A stretch of DNA of 64,000 nucleotides from Solimonas sp. (GTDB lineage: Bacteria > Pseudomonadota > Gammaproteobacteria > Nevskiales > Nevskiaceae): NCBI GenBank assembly GCA_030149365.1, contig JASBRP010000018.1, positions 83,350-147,349 of the forward strand, read 5' to 3'. The notes below the pieces were generated by a model. That model was not told the DNA's origin. It worked only from the letters and a program-made list of their open reading frames with translations, and made no database searches. The translations under genes and the position numbers were made by a program. Below are positions 38,285 to 47,330 of the stretch, in pieces. The stretch's first letter is position 1. The number at the start of each line of letters is the position of its first letter.

Positions 38285-40558
38285 ATGCGCATGCTTCTTG
38301 CCACGGACCTGGACGGCACCTTCCTCGCCGGCACCCCCGAGGATCGACTGCGCCTGTACCAGCTCGTAACCCGCCACCCGGACATCCGGCTGGCCTACGT
38401 CACCGGGCGCGGCCTGGACTCGGTCCTGCCGCTGCTGGGCGACCCCGCACTGCCCAAGCCTGATTTCATCGTCTGCGACGTGGGCGCCACGGTGGTGGAC
38501 GGCCACAGCCTGCAGCCGATCGAGCCCCTGCAGAGCCGCATCGGCGCGCTGTGGCCCGGCGACCAGGTGGTCGCGGCCGCCCTGGAGCATTTCGGCCTGC
38601 GGCGCCAGGACGTTCCGCAGGAACGCCGCTGCTCCTACTTCTGCGGCGAGGCCGCGATCACCGATGGCCTGCAGCAGGCCGTGGGCGAGCTCGGCTGCGA
38701 GCTGCTTTATTCGGCCGACCTGTACCTGGACGTGCTGCCGCGCGGGGTCAACAAGGGCAGCACCCTCATGGGCCTGATCAACCACCTTGGCATCCCGCAG
38801 GAACGCGTGCTGGTGGCCGGGGACACCCTCAATGACCTGTCGATGTTCCAGCAGGGCTTCAAGGGCGTCTGCGTGGGCGATTCGGAGTCCTGGCTGCTGC
38901 AGGCCACGCAGGGCAACGCCAGGGTGCTGCATGCCAACTCCAGGGGCTGCGGCGGCATCCTGGAAGCCCTGGAGTACTTCGGCTTCATCGGCAGCGCCGG
39001 CATCGATGCCCACGCCGCCCCGCCGGCGGAAACCGGACGCTCCGACCTGGTGATCGTCTATCACCGCATGCCCTACGACGAGGTCGTCGAGGACGGCCAG
39101 GTGCGGCGCGTGATGCCCAAATCACCCAACGGCATCATGCCGACCCTGCTGAGCTTCTTCGCCGACGGGCGCCGCGGAGCCTGGGTAGCCTGGGCCGTCA
39201 ACGACCCCAAGCGCGGGCCGTTCGAGACGCAGAGCACCGTCGATCCGCTGCGCTATCCGCGGCTCACCGCCGCCCGGGTGGCGTTGAGCAAGCAGGAGGT
39301 GGACATCTTCTACCGCCAGTTCTCCAAGGAGGCGTTCTGGCCGACGCTTCACACCTTCTGGGAACGCGCCCAGTTCCGTGAAGACCACTGGCAGGTATTC
39401 CTGAAGATCAACCGGCTCTTCGCCGAACGCACGGCGGCCGAGGCCGCCGAGGGCGCCACGGTCTGGATCCACGACTACAACCTGTGGATGGTGCCGGCCA
39501 CGCTGCGCGAGCTGCGCCCCGATCTGAAGATCGCCTTCTTCCACCATACCTACTTCCCCTCCGCCGACGTCTTCAACGTGATCCCCTGGCGCCGCGCCAT
39601 CGTTGGCAGCCTGCTCCAATGCGACTACGTGGGCTTCCACATCCCGCGCCAGGTGGAGAATTTCGTCGACGTGGTGCGCGGCGCAGCCCCGGTGCGGGTC
39701 ATCGAGCGGCGCAGCTGCGCCCCGCGCTTCATCACCTATGGGTGCGCCGTGGGGCTGGAGAACTACAGCACCTGCATCGACGTCGGCGACCGGCGCATCC
39801 GCCTGGGCGCACACCCGGTCGGCACCGACCTGGGCCGCATCGAGCAGGCCCTGTCGCGGGCCCCGGTGCAGAAGCGCATGGCCGAGCTGCGGCAGTCGCT
39901 CAATGGGCGCCGCCTGATCCTGTCGGTGGAGCGTCTCGACTACACCAAGGGCACCCTGGAGAAGCTGCAGGCCTTCGAGAAGCTGCTGGAGGAGCATCCG
40001 GAACTGCAGGGCAAGGTCACGCTGATCACGGTCTGCGTGCCGGCTGCCAAGGAGATGACGGTCTACCGCAACCTGCAGCACAGCATCGAGCAGGCGGTGG
40101 GGCGCATCAACGGCCACTATTCGCGCGTGGGCTGGACACCGGTGCAATTCTTCTTCCGCGCCCTGCCCTTCGACGACGTGGTGGCCTACTACGCCATGGC
40201 GGACCTGATGTGGATCACGCCGCTGCGCGACGGCCTGAACCTGGTGGCGAAGGAGTACATCGCCACGCAAGGCCTGAGCAAGGGCCGCGGTGTGCTGGTG
40301 CTGTCGGAATTCGCCGGCGCCGCGGCGGAACTCAAGGGCGCCATCCTGACCAATCCGCACGACGTGATGGACCTGAAGAACGCCTGCTACCTGGGCCTCA
40401 ACATGGGCCGCGCCGAAGCGGGCGCACGCATGCGCCAGCTCTTCGACATCGTCAGCCACTACGACGTGCGCCGCTGGGGCGACGATTTCCTTGCAGCCAC
40501 TCATGCGAAGTCCCCGCAGCCCGTGCGCAAGCCGGCCGTGCGCGGCAGCAAAGGCTGA
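38285..40558 (+). CDS. ggpPS: Bifunctional HAD phosphatase + GT20 synthase fusion, most consistent with glucosylglycerol-phosphate phosphatase/synthase (GgpPS)
   Basis: N-terminus MRMLLATDLDGTFL...YVTGRG...LVAGDTLNDLSMF is an S6PP-type HAD. The C-terminal 490 aa or so is GT20 (VIVYHRMPYDEV..., WIHDYNLWMVP, LSVERLDYTKG, LNLVAKEY). The phosphatase-first domain order and the MFS gene downstream match the GgpPS-ycaD arrangement reported for Stenotrophomonas rhizophila. Confidence 0.65.
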   Translation: MRMLLATDLDGTFLAGTPEDRLRLYQLVTRHPDIRLAYVTGRGLDSVLPLLGDPALPKPDFIVCDVGATVVDGHSLQPIEPLQSRIGALWPGDQVVAAALEHFGLRRQDVPQERRCSYFCGEAAITDGLQQAVGELGCELLYSADLYLDVLPRGVNKGSTLMGLINHLGIPQERVLVAGDTLNDLSMFQQGFKGVCVGDSESWLLQATQGNARVLHANSRGCGGILEALEYFGFIGSAGIDAHAAPPAETGRSDLVIVYHRMPYDEVVEDGQVRRVMPKSPNGIMPTLLSFFADGRRGAWVAWAVNDPKRGPFETQSTVDPLRYPRLTAARVALSKQEVDIFYRQFSKEAFWPTLHTFWERAQFREDHWQVFLKINRLFAERTAAEAAEGATVWIHDYNLWMVPATLRELRPDLKIAFFHHTYFPSADVFNVIPWRRAIVGSLLQCDYVGFHIPRQVENFVDVVRGAAPVRVIERRSCAPRFITYGCAVGLENYSTCIDVGDRRIRLGAHPVGTDLGRIEQALSRAPVQKRMAELRQSLNGRRLILSVERLDYTKGTLEKLQAFEKLLEEHPELQGKVTLITVCVPAAKEMTVYRNLQHSIEQAVGRINGHYSRVGWTPVQFFFRALPFDDVVAYYAMADLMWITPLRDGLNLVAKEYIATQGLSKGRGVLVLSEFAGAAAELKGAILTNPHDVMDLKNACYLGLNMGRAEAGARMRQLFDIVSHYDVRRWGDDFLAATHAKSPQPVRKPAVRGSKG

Positions 40559-40631
40559 GCCGGGCACGGCATCGGAACCCCGACGGGCCGCCAGGGTCTG
40601 ATCAAGCCTGCATCGCTTGCCACGCCCTCGC

Positions 40632-41885
40632 ATGATGAAGCGCCTGTTGCCGATCTCGTCCCTGCTGTTCGGGGTTGCCCTGCTGCTGGCCGGCAACGGC
40701 CTGTTCGGCACGCTGCTGGGCGTGCGCAGCGCCGCCGAAGGCTGGTCGGGCCGCGCTATCGGCCTGATGATGTCGGCTTACTTCGCCGGCTTCCTGCTCG
40801 GCACCTTCATCAATCCGCGCATCATCACGCGCGTCGGACACATCCGCGCGTTCGCGATCTTCGCCGCACTGGCCTCCAGCGCGGCGCTGCTGCAGGGCCT
40901 GCTGGTGCATCCGCTGGCCTGGCTGCTGCTGCGCCTGCTGACCGGCATCTGCCTGGTCGGCCTGTACATGGTCGTGGAAAGCTGGCTCAACGCGCAGGCC
41001 GAGCCGTCCACGCGGGGGCAGATCTTCGCCGGCTACATGGCCGTCAACTTCGGCGGCCTGGCCGCCGGCCAGACGCTGCTGGCGCTATACCCGGTGCAGG
41101 GCTTCGAACTCTTCGGTGTGACGGCGATGCTGCTGTCCCTTTCGCTGGTGCCGGTGGCACTGACCTCGGTGGCACAGCCCGCCGTCACGCAGGCTCCGCA
41201 CCTGAGCCTGCGGGCGCTCTACACACTCGCACCCGTGGGCATCGCCGGTGCCGTGGGCTCAGGGCTGGCACTCAGCGCGTTCTGGGGCATGGGTCCGGCG
41301 GCCGCCCAGCAACTGGGTTTCGAGGGCAGTGGCGTCGCCGCCTTCATGAGCGCCGCGATCCTGGGCGGTGCGCTGCTGCAATTGCCCATCGGCCGCTGGT
41401 CGGACCGCGGCGGAGACCGCCGACGCGTCCTGTTCCTGCTGACCCTGGCCTCCGCCGCCACGGCGCTGGGCCTGTTCTTGCTGCCGCTGGAACCCTCGCT
41501 GCTGCTGGGCGGCATGTTCCTGTTCGGCGGCCTGGCCTTTGCGATCTACCCGGTCAGCATCGCGCTGACCAATGACCGCCTGCGCCCCGAGGACCTGCTG
41601 CGCGGCGCCGGCAGCCTGTTGCTGCTGCACGGCGCGGGCGCAGTGCTGGGGCCGTTCCTGGCCGGCCTGCTCATGGAATGGCTGGGGCCAACCGCGCTGA
41701 TGCTGCACTTCGCCTTGATGCTGGGCCTGCTGGCGACCTATGCGGCCTGGCGCCTGTGGATCTCGCCGCAGGGACCCGAGGCCCATACACCCTTCCAGCC
41801 GATGGTACGCACCACACCAGCGGCCCTGGAGCTGATTGCGCCGACGCCGGAAGACGCCACGCCAGAGGCAGGCCCGGCGACCTAG
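40632..41885 (+). CDS. MFS transporter (YcaD-like)
   Basis: 12-TM profile. MMKRLLPISSLLFGVALLLAGNGLFGTLLGVR. The ORF-track start at 40617 is TTG, so I set the start at the first ATG. Confidence 0.8.
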   Translation: MMKRLLPISSLLFGVALLLAGNGLFGTLLGVRSAAEGWSGRAIGLMMSAYFAGFLLGTFINPRIITRVGHIRAFAIFAALASSAALLQGLLVHPLAWLLLRLLTGICLVGLYMVVESWLNAQAEPSTRGQIFAGYMAVNFGGLAAGQTLLALYPVQGFELFGVTAMLLSLSLVPVALTSVAQPAVTQAPHLSLRALYTLAPVGIAGAVGSGLALSAFWGMGPAAAQQLGFEGSGVAAFMSAAILGGALLQLPIGRWSDRGGDRRRVLFLLTLASAATALGLFLLPLEPSLLLGGMFLFGGLAFAIYPVSIALTNDRLRPEDLLRGAGSLLLLHGAGAVLGPFLAGLLMEWLGPTALMLHFALMLGLLATYAAWRLWISPQGPEAHTPFQPMVRTTPAALELIAPTPEDATPEAGPAT

Positions 41886-42754
41886 AGACGGCCGGCCTTG
41901 AAGGTGTCGCAGGCGTTGGGGTCGCCCGATTCGAACCCGGCGCGGAACCAGCGCACGCGCTGCTCCGAGGTACCGTGGCTGAAGGCGTCGGGCACCACGT
42001 GGCCCTGCGACTGCTTCTGCAGGCGGTCATCGCCGATCGCGGTGGCGGTGTTCAGCGCCTCCTCCACGTCGCCGCTCTCCAGCCACTGCAGCTTCTTCTC
42101 GGAGCGGTTGGCCCAGACGCCGGCCAGGCAATCGGCCTGAAGCTCCTGGCGCACCAGCAGGCCGCCGTCGCCCTGCACGTTCTGGCCGCGGCGGCGGGCC
42201 TCGTTGACCTTGGCGCTGACGCCGAGCAGGGTCTGCACGTGGTGGCCCACCTCGTGGGCGATGACGTAGGCATAGGCGAAGTCGCCACCGCCGCCGAGGC
42301 GCCGCTGCATGTCCTGGAAGAACGACATGTCGAGGTACACCTGGTGGTCGCCCGGGCAGTAGAACGGACCCGAGGCGGAGGTGGCGCTGCCGCAGGCGGA
42401 ATCCACGCCGCCGGAGAACAGGATCAGCTTGGGCTGCTCGTACTGTCGGCCGGTCTGCTGGAAGATTTCACCCCAGACCGCCTCGGTCTCGCCGAGGATG
42501 GCGCGCACGAAGTCGGCGCCTTCGTCATTGGCCGGGGGCGGGGCGCCCTCCTGCTGCTCCGCCGGGCTCATGCCCTCGGTCACCTGCGACACCAGGCCCA
42601 GCATCTCCAGCGGGTTCTTGCCGAGCAGCAGGCTCAGCACCACCACGACGGCAATGCCGCCGAGGCCGAGCTTGCCGCCGCCGCCGAAGCCGCGACGGCC
42701 GGAACCGCGGACATCCACCACGTTGTCGCTACGCTGACCGCCGCGCCATTTCAT
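41882..42754 (-). CDS. ypfJ: YpfJ-family putative zinc metallopeptidase
   Basis: MKWRGGQRSDNVVDVRG..., FYCPGDHQVYLD, AYVIAHEVGHHVQ (HExxH). Confidence 0.85.
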   Translation of the reverse strand: MKWRGGQRSDNVVDVRGSGRRGFGGGGKLGLGGIAVVVVLSLLLGKNPLEMLGLVSQVTEGMSPAEQQEGAPPPANDEGADFVRAILGETEAVWGEIFQQTGRQYEQPKLILFSGGVDSACGSATSASGPFYCPGDHQVYLDMSFFQDMQRRLGGGGDFAYAYVIAHEVGHHVQTLLGVSAKVNEARRRGQNVQGDGGLLVRQELQADCLAGVWANRSEKKLQWLESGDVEEALNTATAIGDDRLQKQSQGHVVPDAFSHGTSEQRVRWFRAGFESGDPNACDTFKAGRL

Positions 42755-42818
42755 GCACCGATCCCTCCGAGACCTGCCGCGATCCTCCATCGCGGAGGAC
42801 GCCAGCGCAAGGGGCGGC

Positions 42819-43475
42819 TCAGGCCGGCTTCAACACCTGGCCCAGCACCGCGTCCAGCAGCCTTGCACGCGGCTTCCAGGGGTACTCGGGGATCGTGACC
42901 AGCGAGTGACAGAGGCCTAGCAGCGAGCACAGCAGCGCCTCGCCCTGCAGTTGCGGATCGCCCGGGTGGGCACTGCCCTCGGCCTGGGCAGCCTCCACCA
43001 GCCGGCGGAACAGGTCGAAGCGCTCCAGGATCGCCGAGGTCTCGACGTACAGCTGCTCGCCGGGCTCGGCCTGGTCCTGGTTGAGGTAGACCATGCGGTA
43101 GCGCTCGGGCTGGTCGCACCAGTAGTCGACATAGGCCAGGCAGGCACGGCGCAGGCGCTGCGCCGCCGTGCCGCGCCGCGCCGCGGACTCGATGCCGGCG
43201 AACAGTTCGACGAAGAAGTCCTCCCAGATGTAGCGCAGGATGTCGTTCTTGCTGCGGAAGTACCCGTACAGCCCCATGGTGCTGCAGCCGGCCACGGCGG
43301 CGATGCGGCGCATGCTCACCGCCTCGAAACCTTCGCTGGCGAACAGGCCGCGCGCGGCCTCGATGACGCGCTGGCGCACCGCCTGCTCCAGGTCGACGCT
43401 GCGGCGCGGCCGCCCGCGAGTGCCGCCCGCTTCTGCCTTGCCGCCCTTACTGCTCTTGCCGGTTTGACTCGCCAT
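42819..43475 (-). CDS. TetR/AcrR-family transcriptional regulator
   Basis: VIEAARGLFASEGFEAVSMRRIAAVAGCSTMGLYGYFRSKNDIL is a TetR helix-turn-helix. Confidence 0.9.
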   Translation of the reverse strand: MASQTGKSSKGGKAEAGGTRGRPRRSVDLEQAVRQRVIEAARGLFASEGFEAVSMRRIAAVAGCSTMGLYGYFRSKNDILRYIWEDFFVELFAGIESAARRGTAAQRLRRACLAYVDYWCDQPERYRMVYLNQDQAEPGEQLYVETSAILERFDLFRRLVEAAQAEGSAHPGDPQLQGEALLCSLLGLCHSLVTIPEYPWKPRARLLDAVLGQVLKPA

Positions 43476-43484
43476 GGCCCTCGG

Positions 43485-43516
43485 CCTTATTTTTCGTACA
43501 CGTACAATAAATAAGG
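43485..43516. promoter_or_regulatory. 32-bp imperfect palindrome, candidate TetR operator
   Basis: CCTTATTTTTCGTACA|CGTACAATAAATAAGG has 13/16 complementary positions by my alignment. It lies in the 50-bp divergent gap between tetR and the lipoprotein gene. Confidence 0.45.
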
Positions 43517-43525
43517 GACGGGTGG

Positions 43526-45031
43526 ATGAGCAAGGGGACTCTCGCAGCCGCGACGGGCTTGGCCGCCGCGCTGCTGGCCGGCTGCAGCCACAGCAGCACG
43601 CCGGCCGCAGTGCCGGTGACGCCGCCTGCCTTCGAGCGCCCGACGCTGGCCGAGTGTGCGGCGCTGCGCCCGGCGCGCTGGCAAGCCGCCACCGGCACGG
43701 CGCAGGCCGGCGCGCGGCTGCGCGCGGTGGCCCTGCAGTACAAGCAGGAGATCCGCCACGTCCGCGACTACGCGGCCTTTCGCCGCAAGATGCGCTGCCT
43801 GATGGAGGAGCACGTGGTGCCGGTGATGCAGCCCGGCCTGCCGACCCTGGTGGTGTTCAACGAGGACGCGGGGCTCATGGCCATCGCCACCGGCACGCGC
43901 GGCGCGCTGGTGCGCGCGCAGGCGCAGACGCCGCTGCGCGCCCCCACCGGCGATGCGCTGCCGCTGGGCATCCTCGGCGCGCTGGGCCTGCTCAATACCG
44001 CCTACCTGCCGCAGGTGCTGGCCTACCAGTTGCGCTTCCCGCTTACCGATCCGCGCAAGCAGGTGTTCCTGGCGGCCACCGACACCTTCGCCCGTGCCTT
44101 CTCGCAGACCTTCTCCGACATCGCGCGCGACTACGGCGTCTACGTGGTGGCCTCCAACAACCAGGCGCCCTACCGGGCTTCGCGCGATCCGCTGGAGATC
44201 GCGCTGTTCAAGGACCCGGACCTGGCCGACGTGGACGAGGTCTACGTGGCCACCAGCAACCACATCGCTAATGTCACCTTCCTGTGGGGGCCACGGGACC
44301 TTCACCCGGAAGCACCGCGCGGCGAGACCAACCTGCTGTTCGCCAACCAGAAGGTGCCGCTGACCGACATCGAGCTCAACGTGCTGGGCCTGGACGAAGG
44401 CCCGGCCACGGGCGAGGCCGGCCTGGCCAACGCGGCAGGGGTGGAGGTGGAGGGCTTCCGCCTGGGCTTCGCCACGTCCCTGCCTGCCTTCCAGTGGGGC
44501 TACGAGTTCGGTCAGCGCCCGGCAGGCTTCGAGCCCTGCGCCGATATCCCCGCCAGCTACATGCCCTGCATGGATGCGCTGGGCGTGGACGTGGTGATCC
44601 AGGCCGAGGCCAACCCCGGGCGCTGGGCCGCCCACTACGCCGGCGGCTGGCAGCCGCTGGAGTGGATGAACAGCACCTGGCGCACGGTGGCGGAGCCCAC
44701 GGTGGGCTTCCGCTACAACATCACCGCGCACCTGGTCGGCAACCTGCTGGACCTGGCCTTCGACGGCCAGAGCGCGATCACCGAGCGCGGGGCGCAGGCA
44801 CCGCTGCGCCACTACGTCGGCAATCTCGAATTCGAACCCGGCGTCGACGTGGACTGGTACCAGGTGTTCCAGGGCGGCAAGCGCGAGTTCCTGGAACTGG
44901 CGCCCTGGGTCACCGCCGATGCGCCACGCGCGGCGCTGCTGGCCACCGGCGCGCAGCTCGCGCCCGGCAGTGGCGATGCGGTGGAAAACGACTATCTCGA
45001 AACCGCCGTGTGGGCCGACCTCACGCGCTGA
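43526..45031 (+). CDS. Lipoprotein of unknown function, possibly carbon-nitrogen hydrolase (nitrilase-superfamily) fold
   Basis: Lipobox LLAGC. Segments resemble the nitrilase Glu (LVVFNEDAG) and Lys (LLFANQKVPL) motifs. The expected Cys motif reads GFATSLPAF, with Ser where Cys is expected. The domain call is weak. Confidence 0.4.
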   Translation: MSKGTLAAATGLAAALLAGCSHSSTPAAVPVTPPAFERPTLAECAALRPARWQAATGTAQAGARLRAVALQYKQEIRHVRDYAAFRRKMRCLMEEHVVPVMQPGLPTLVVFNEDAGLMAIATGTRGALVRAQAQTPLRAPTGDALPLGILGALGLLNTAYLPQVLAYQLRFPLTDPRKQVFLAATDTFARAFSQTFSDIARDYGVYVVASNNQAPYRASRDPLEIALFKDPDLADVDEVYVATSNHIANVTFLWGPRDLHPEAPRGETNLLFANQKVPLTDIELNVLGLDEGPATGEAGLANAAGVEVEGFRLGFATSLPAFQWGYEFGQRPAGFEPCADIPASYMPCMDALGVDVVIQAEANPGRWAAHYAGGWQPLEWMNSTWRTVAEPTVGFRYNITAHLVGNLLDLAFDGQSAITERGAQAPLRHYVGNLEFEPGVDVDWYQVFQGGKREFLELAPWVTADAPRAALLATGAQLAPGSGDAVENDYLETAVWADLTR

Positions 45032-45058
45032 ACCCAACCGCTTATCCAGGAAACATCC

Positions 45059-46576
45059 ATGGAAGACATCAAGGATCTCGCCCGCCGCCGCCTGCTCACC
45101 GGCGCCGCGGCACTCGGCGCCGGCGCACTGATACCCGGCTGCGGTAACAGCAGCCCGGTAGGCAGCGCCCAGGCCGCGACGCCCGGCGGCCCGCAGGGCC
45201 GCTACCAGGCCGAGATCGCCATCGTCGGCGCCGGGTTGGCCGGGCTGTCGGCGGCGCGGCAACTGGTGGCCGCCGGCCGCAAGGTGCTGGTGGTGGAGGC
45301 GCGCGACCGCGTGGGCGGCCGCACGCTGAACCGCGCCGTCACCGCGCCGGGCGCCCAACCCGGTACCGTGGTGGAGGTAGGCGGCCAGTGGGTGGGCCCG
45401 ACGCAGGATCGCGTGCTGGCGATGATCCAGGAACTGGGCCTGTCAACCTTCAAGACCTTCAACACCGGCAAGCTGGTGGATTTCCGCAGCGGCCGGCGCT
45501 CGGAATACGCGGGGCGCATCCCGCCCGGCGCCTTCCTCGGCGCGGTGGAAGCCCAGGTGGCGATCATGCGCCTCAACAGCATGGCGGCCGACGTGCCGCT
45601 GGACAAACCCTGGACCGCGCCGAAGGCCGCGGAATGGGACGGCGAGACCTTCCAGAGCTGGATCGACGGCAACCTGTTCAGCGACAACGGCCGCGCCCTG
45701 CTGCAGCTGGCCATCGAGTCCGTGTTCTCGGCCCAGCCGCGCGACCTGTCGCTGCTCGGCGTGCTGTTCTACATCCGCTCCGCCGGCAGCCTGGAGAACC
45801 TGATCAACACCGAGGGCGGCGCGCAGGATTCGCGCATCGTCGGCGGCTCGCAGCGCATCGCCCTGGGCATGGCCGAGGCCTTGGGCAGCGAGCGCCTCCT
45901 GCTCAACGCGCCGGTGCTGCGCATCGATCACGGCGACCAGGGCGTGACCCTGCGCGGCGACGGCTTCGAGGTGAAGGCGCAACGCGCCATCGTCGCGATC
46001 CCGCCGACGCTGGCGGGCCGCATCCGCTACGCGCCGGCGCTGGACGGCCTGCGCGACCAGCTGACGCAGCGCCTGCCGATGGGCACCGTGATCAAGGTGC
46101 AGTGCGTCTACCCCAAGCCGTTCTGGCGCGACGCCGGCCTCAACGGCCAGGCCACCAGCGACGTGGGGCCGGTGAAACTGACCTTCGACAACTCGCCGCC
46201 CGACGGCCACGTCGGCGTCATGATGGGATTCATCGAAGGCTCCGACGGCCGCGCCGTGCTGCGCCAGACACCCGAGCAGCGGCGCCAGGGCACCATCGAG
46301 AGTTTCGTGCGCTACTTCGGCGAGCAGGCGCGCAATCCGCTGCAGTACATCGAGCAGAACTGGGCCTCGGAGGAATGGACCCGCGGCTGCTACGCCGGCA
46401 TCTTCCCGCCGGGCGTGTGGCTGGACTACGGCGAGGCCCTGCGCGCGCCGATCGGGCGATTGCATTGGGCGGGCACTGAGACCGCCGAGGTGTGGAGCGG
46501 GTATTTCGATGGAGCGATCCGCTCGGGTGAGCGGGCGGCGACGGAGGTAGTGGCGGCGTTACGCGTCGGGGCTTGA
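45059..46576 (+). CDS. Tat-exported flavin-containing amine oxidase (monoamine oxidase family)
   Basis: Twin-arginine leader LARRRLLTGAAALGAGA. FAD fingerprint IAIVGAGLAGLSAARQL...VLVVEARDRVGGR. C-terminal HWAGTETA. Confidence 0.85.
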   Translation: MEDIKDLARRRLLTGAAALGAGALIPGCGNSSPVGSAQAATPGGPQGRYQAEIAIVGAGLAGLSAARQLVAAGRKVLVVEARDRVGGRTLNRAVTAPGAQPGTVVEVGGQWVGPTQDRVLAMIQELGLSTFKTFNTGKLVDFRSGRRSEYAGRIPPGAFLGAVEAQVAIMRLNSMAADVPLDKPWTAPKAAEWDGETFQSWIDGNLFSDNGRALLQLAIESVFSAQPRDLSLLGVLFYIRSAGSLENLINTEGGAQDSRIVGGSQRIALGMAEALGSERLLLNAPVLRIDHGDQGVTLRGDGFEVKAQRAIVAIPPTLAGRIRYAPALDGLRDQLTQRLPMGTVIKVQCVYPKPFWRDAGLNGQATSDVGPVKLTFDNSPPDGHVGVMMGFIEGSDGRAVLRQTPEQRRQGTIESFVRYFGEQARNPLQYIEQNWASEEWTRGCYAGIFPPGVWLDYGEALRAPIGRLHWAGTETAEVWSGYFDGAIRSGERAATEVVAALRVGA

Positions 46577-46616
46577 GGCGAGCTCCGGGGAGTACTCGCG
46601 CGAGCGAAGCTACGCC

Positions 46617-46680
46617 TTGCCCACCCTACAGGCCGCTTTGGGTTTTTGTAGGGTGGGCAAACGTCTTCTTGTTTGCCCAC
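46617..46680. repeat. REP cluster: 3 alternating copies of core GTGGGCAA / TGTAGGGTGGGCAA
   Basis: A 14-bp perfect stem (46617-46630 / 46647-46660) overlaps a 10-bp stem (46653-46662 / 46671-46680). The cores carry the GTAG tetranucleotide. Confidence 0.8.
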
Positions 46681-46689
46681 GCGCCTCCA

Positions 46690-47223
46690 CTACCCAAGCG
46701 GCTCTCCGAATCCATCTGCGGCAGTCGCGTCCCCACCCCAATCTGCCGGTAGCAAGCCTTGCTGGACGTAACGGTGGAAACTCGAATGCGGCCAGTCAAC
46801 GATGCGGCTGACCAAGCCGTGCTTGAGCGGGTTGTAGTGGATGTAGTCGACGTGGCGTTCAAGGTCCTGATCGTCGCGAATCCGGTGTTCCCAGAAGCGC
46901 CTTTGCCAGATGCCCTTGTCACGGTGGATCAGCTTGCTGGGGCTGCGCGGTCCCGCATCGAGTCCGCGGGAAAAACCGCTCTTGATCTGTGACCAGCGCG
47001 TCGAGAAATCACCATCCTCCGGCGGCAACTGCCAGAGCGCATGCAGGTGATCCGGGAGGATGCAGATAGCGAGGGTCTGGAAAGGAAGGCGTGCGCCGAC
47101 CTTCCGATAGACATCGCGCAGATGATCGACGTGCTCGACAAGAGCCGAACTGCGTCGATCTGCCAAGGCCACGGTGAAGAAGTAAGTGGCTCCGGGAGTC
47201 AGGCTGCGTCGGTAGCGGGGCAT
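46690..47223 (-). CDS. REP-associated tyrosine transposase (RAYT; IS200/IS605 Y1 TnpA-like)
   Basis: MPRYRRSLTPGATYFFTVAL..., HUH motif in ILPDHLHALW, and YIHYNPLKHGLV with the catalytic Tyr region. It is flanked by REPs on both sides. Confidence 0.85.
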   Translation of the reverse strand: MPRYRRSLTPGATYFFTVALADRRSSALVEHVDHLRDVYRKVGARLPFQTLAICILPDHLHALWQLPPEDGDFSTRWSQIKSGFSRGLDAGPRSPSKLIHRDKGIWQRRFWEHRIRDDQDLERHVDYIHYNPLKHGLVSRIVDWPHSSFHRYVQQGLLPADWGGDATAADGFGEPLG

Positions 47224-47245
47224 GGCGAATCCGGTCCTGGATCGC

Positions 47246-47314
47246 GTGGGCAAACAAGAATCCGTTTGCCCACCCTACGGGGAATGTAGGGTGGGCAACG
47301 CTTGCGTTGCCCAC
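47246..47314. repeat. REP cluster: 4 alternating copies of the same core
   Basis: Stems are GTGGGCAAAC/GTTTGCCCAC (47246/47264), TTGCCCACCCTAC/GTAGGGTGGGCAA (47266/47286) and GTGGGCAACGC/GCGTTGCCCAC (47291/47304). Confidence 0.8.
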
Positions 47315-47330
47315 GCAGGCGGTGGGCGGA

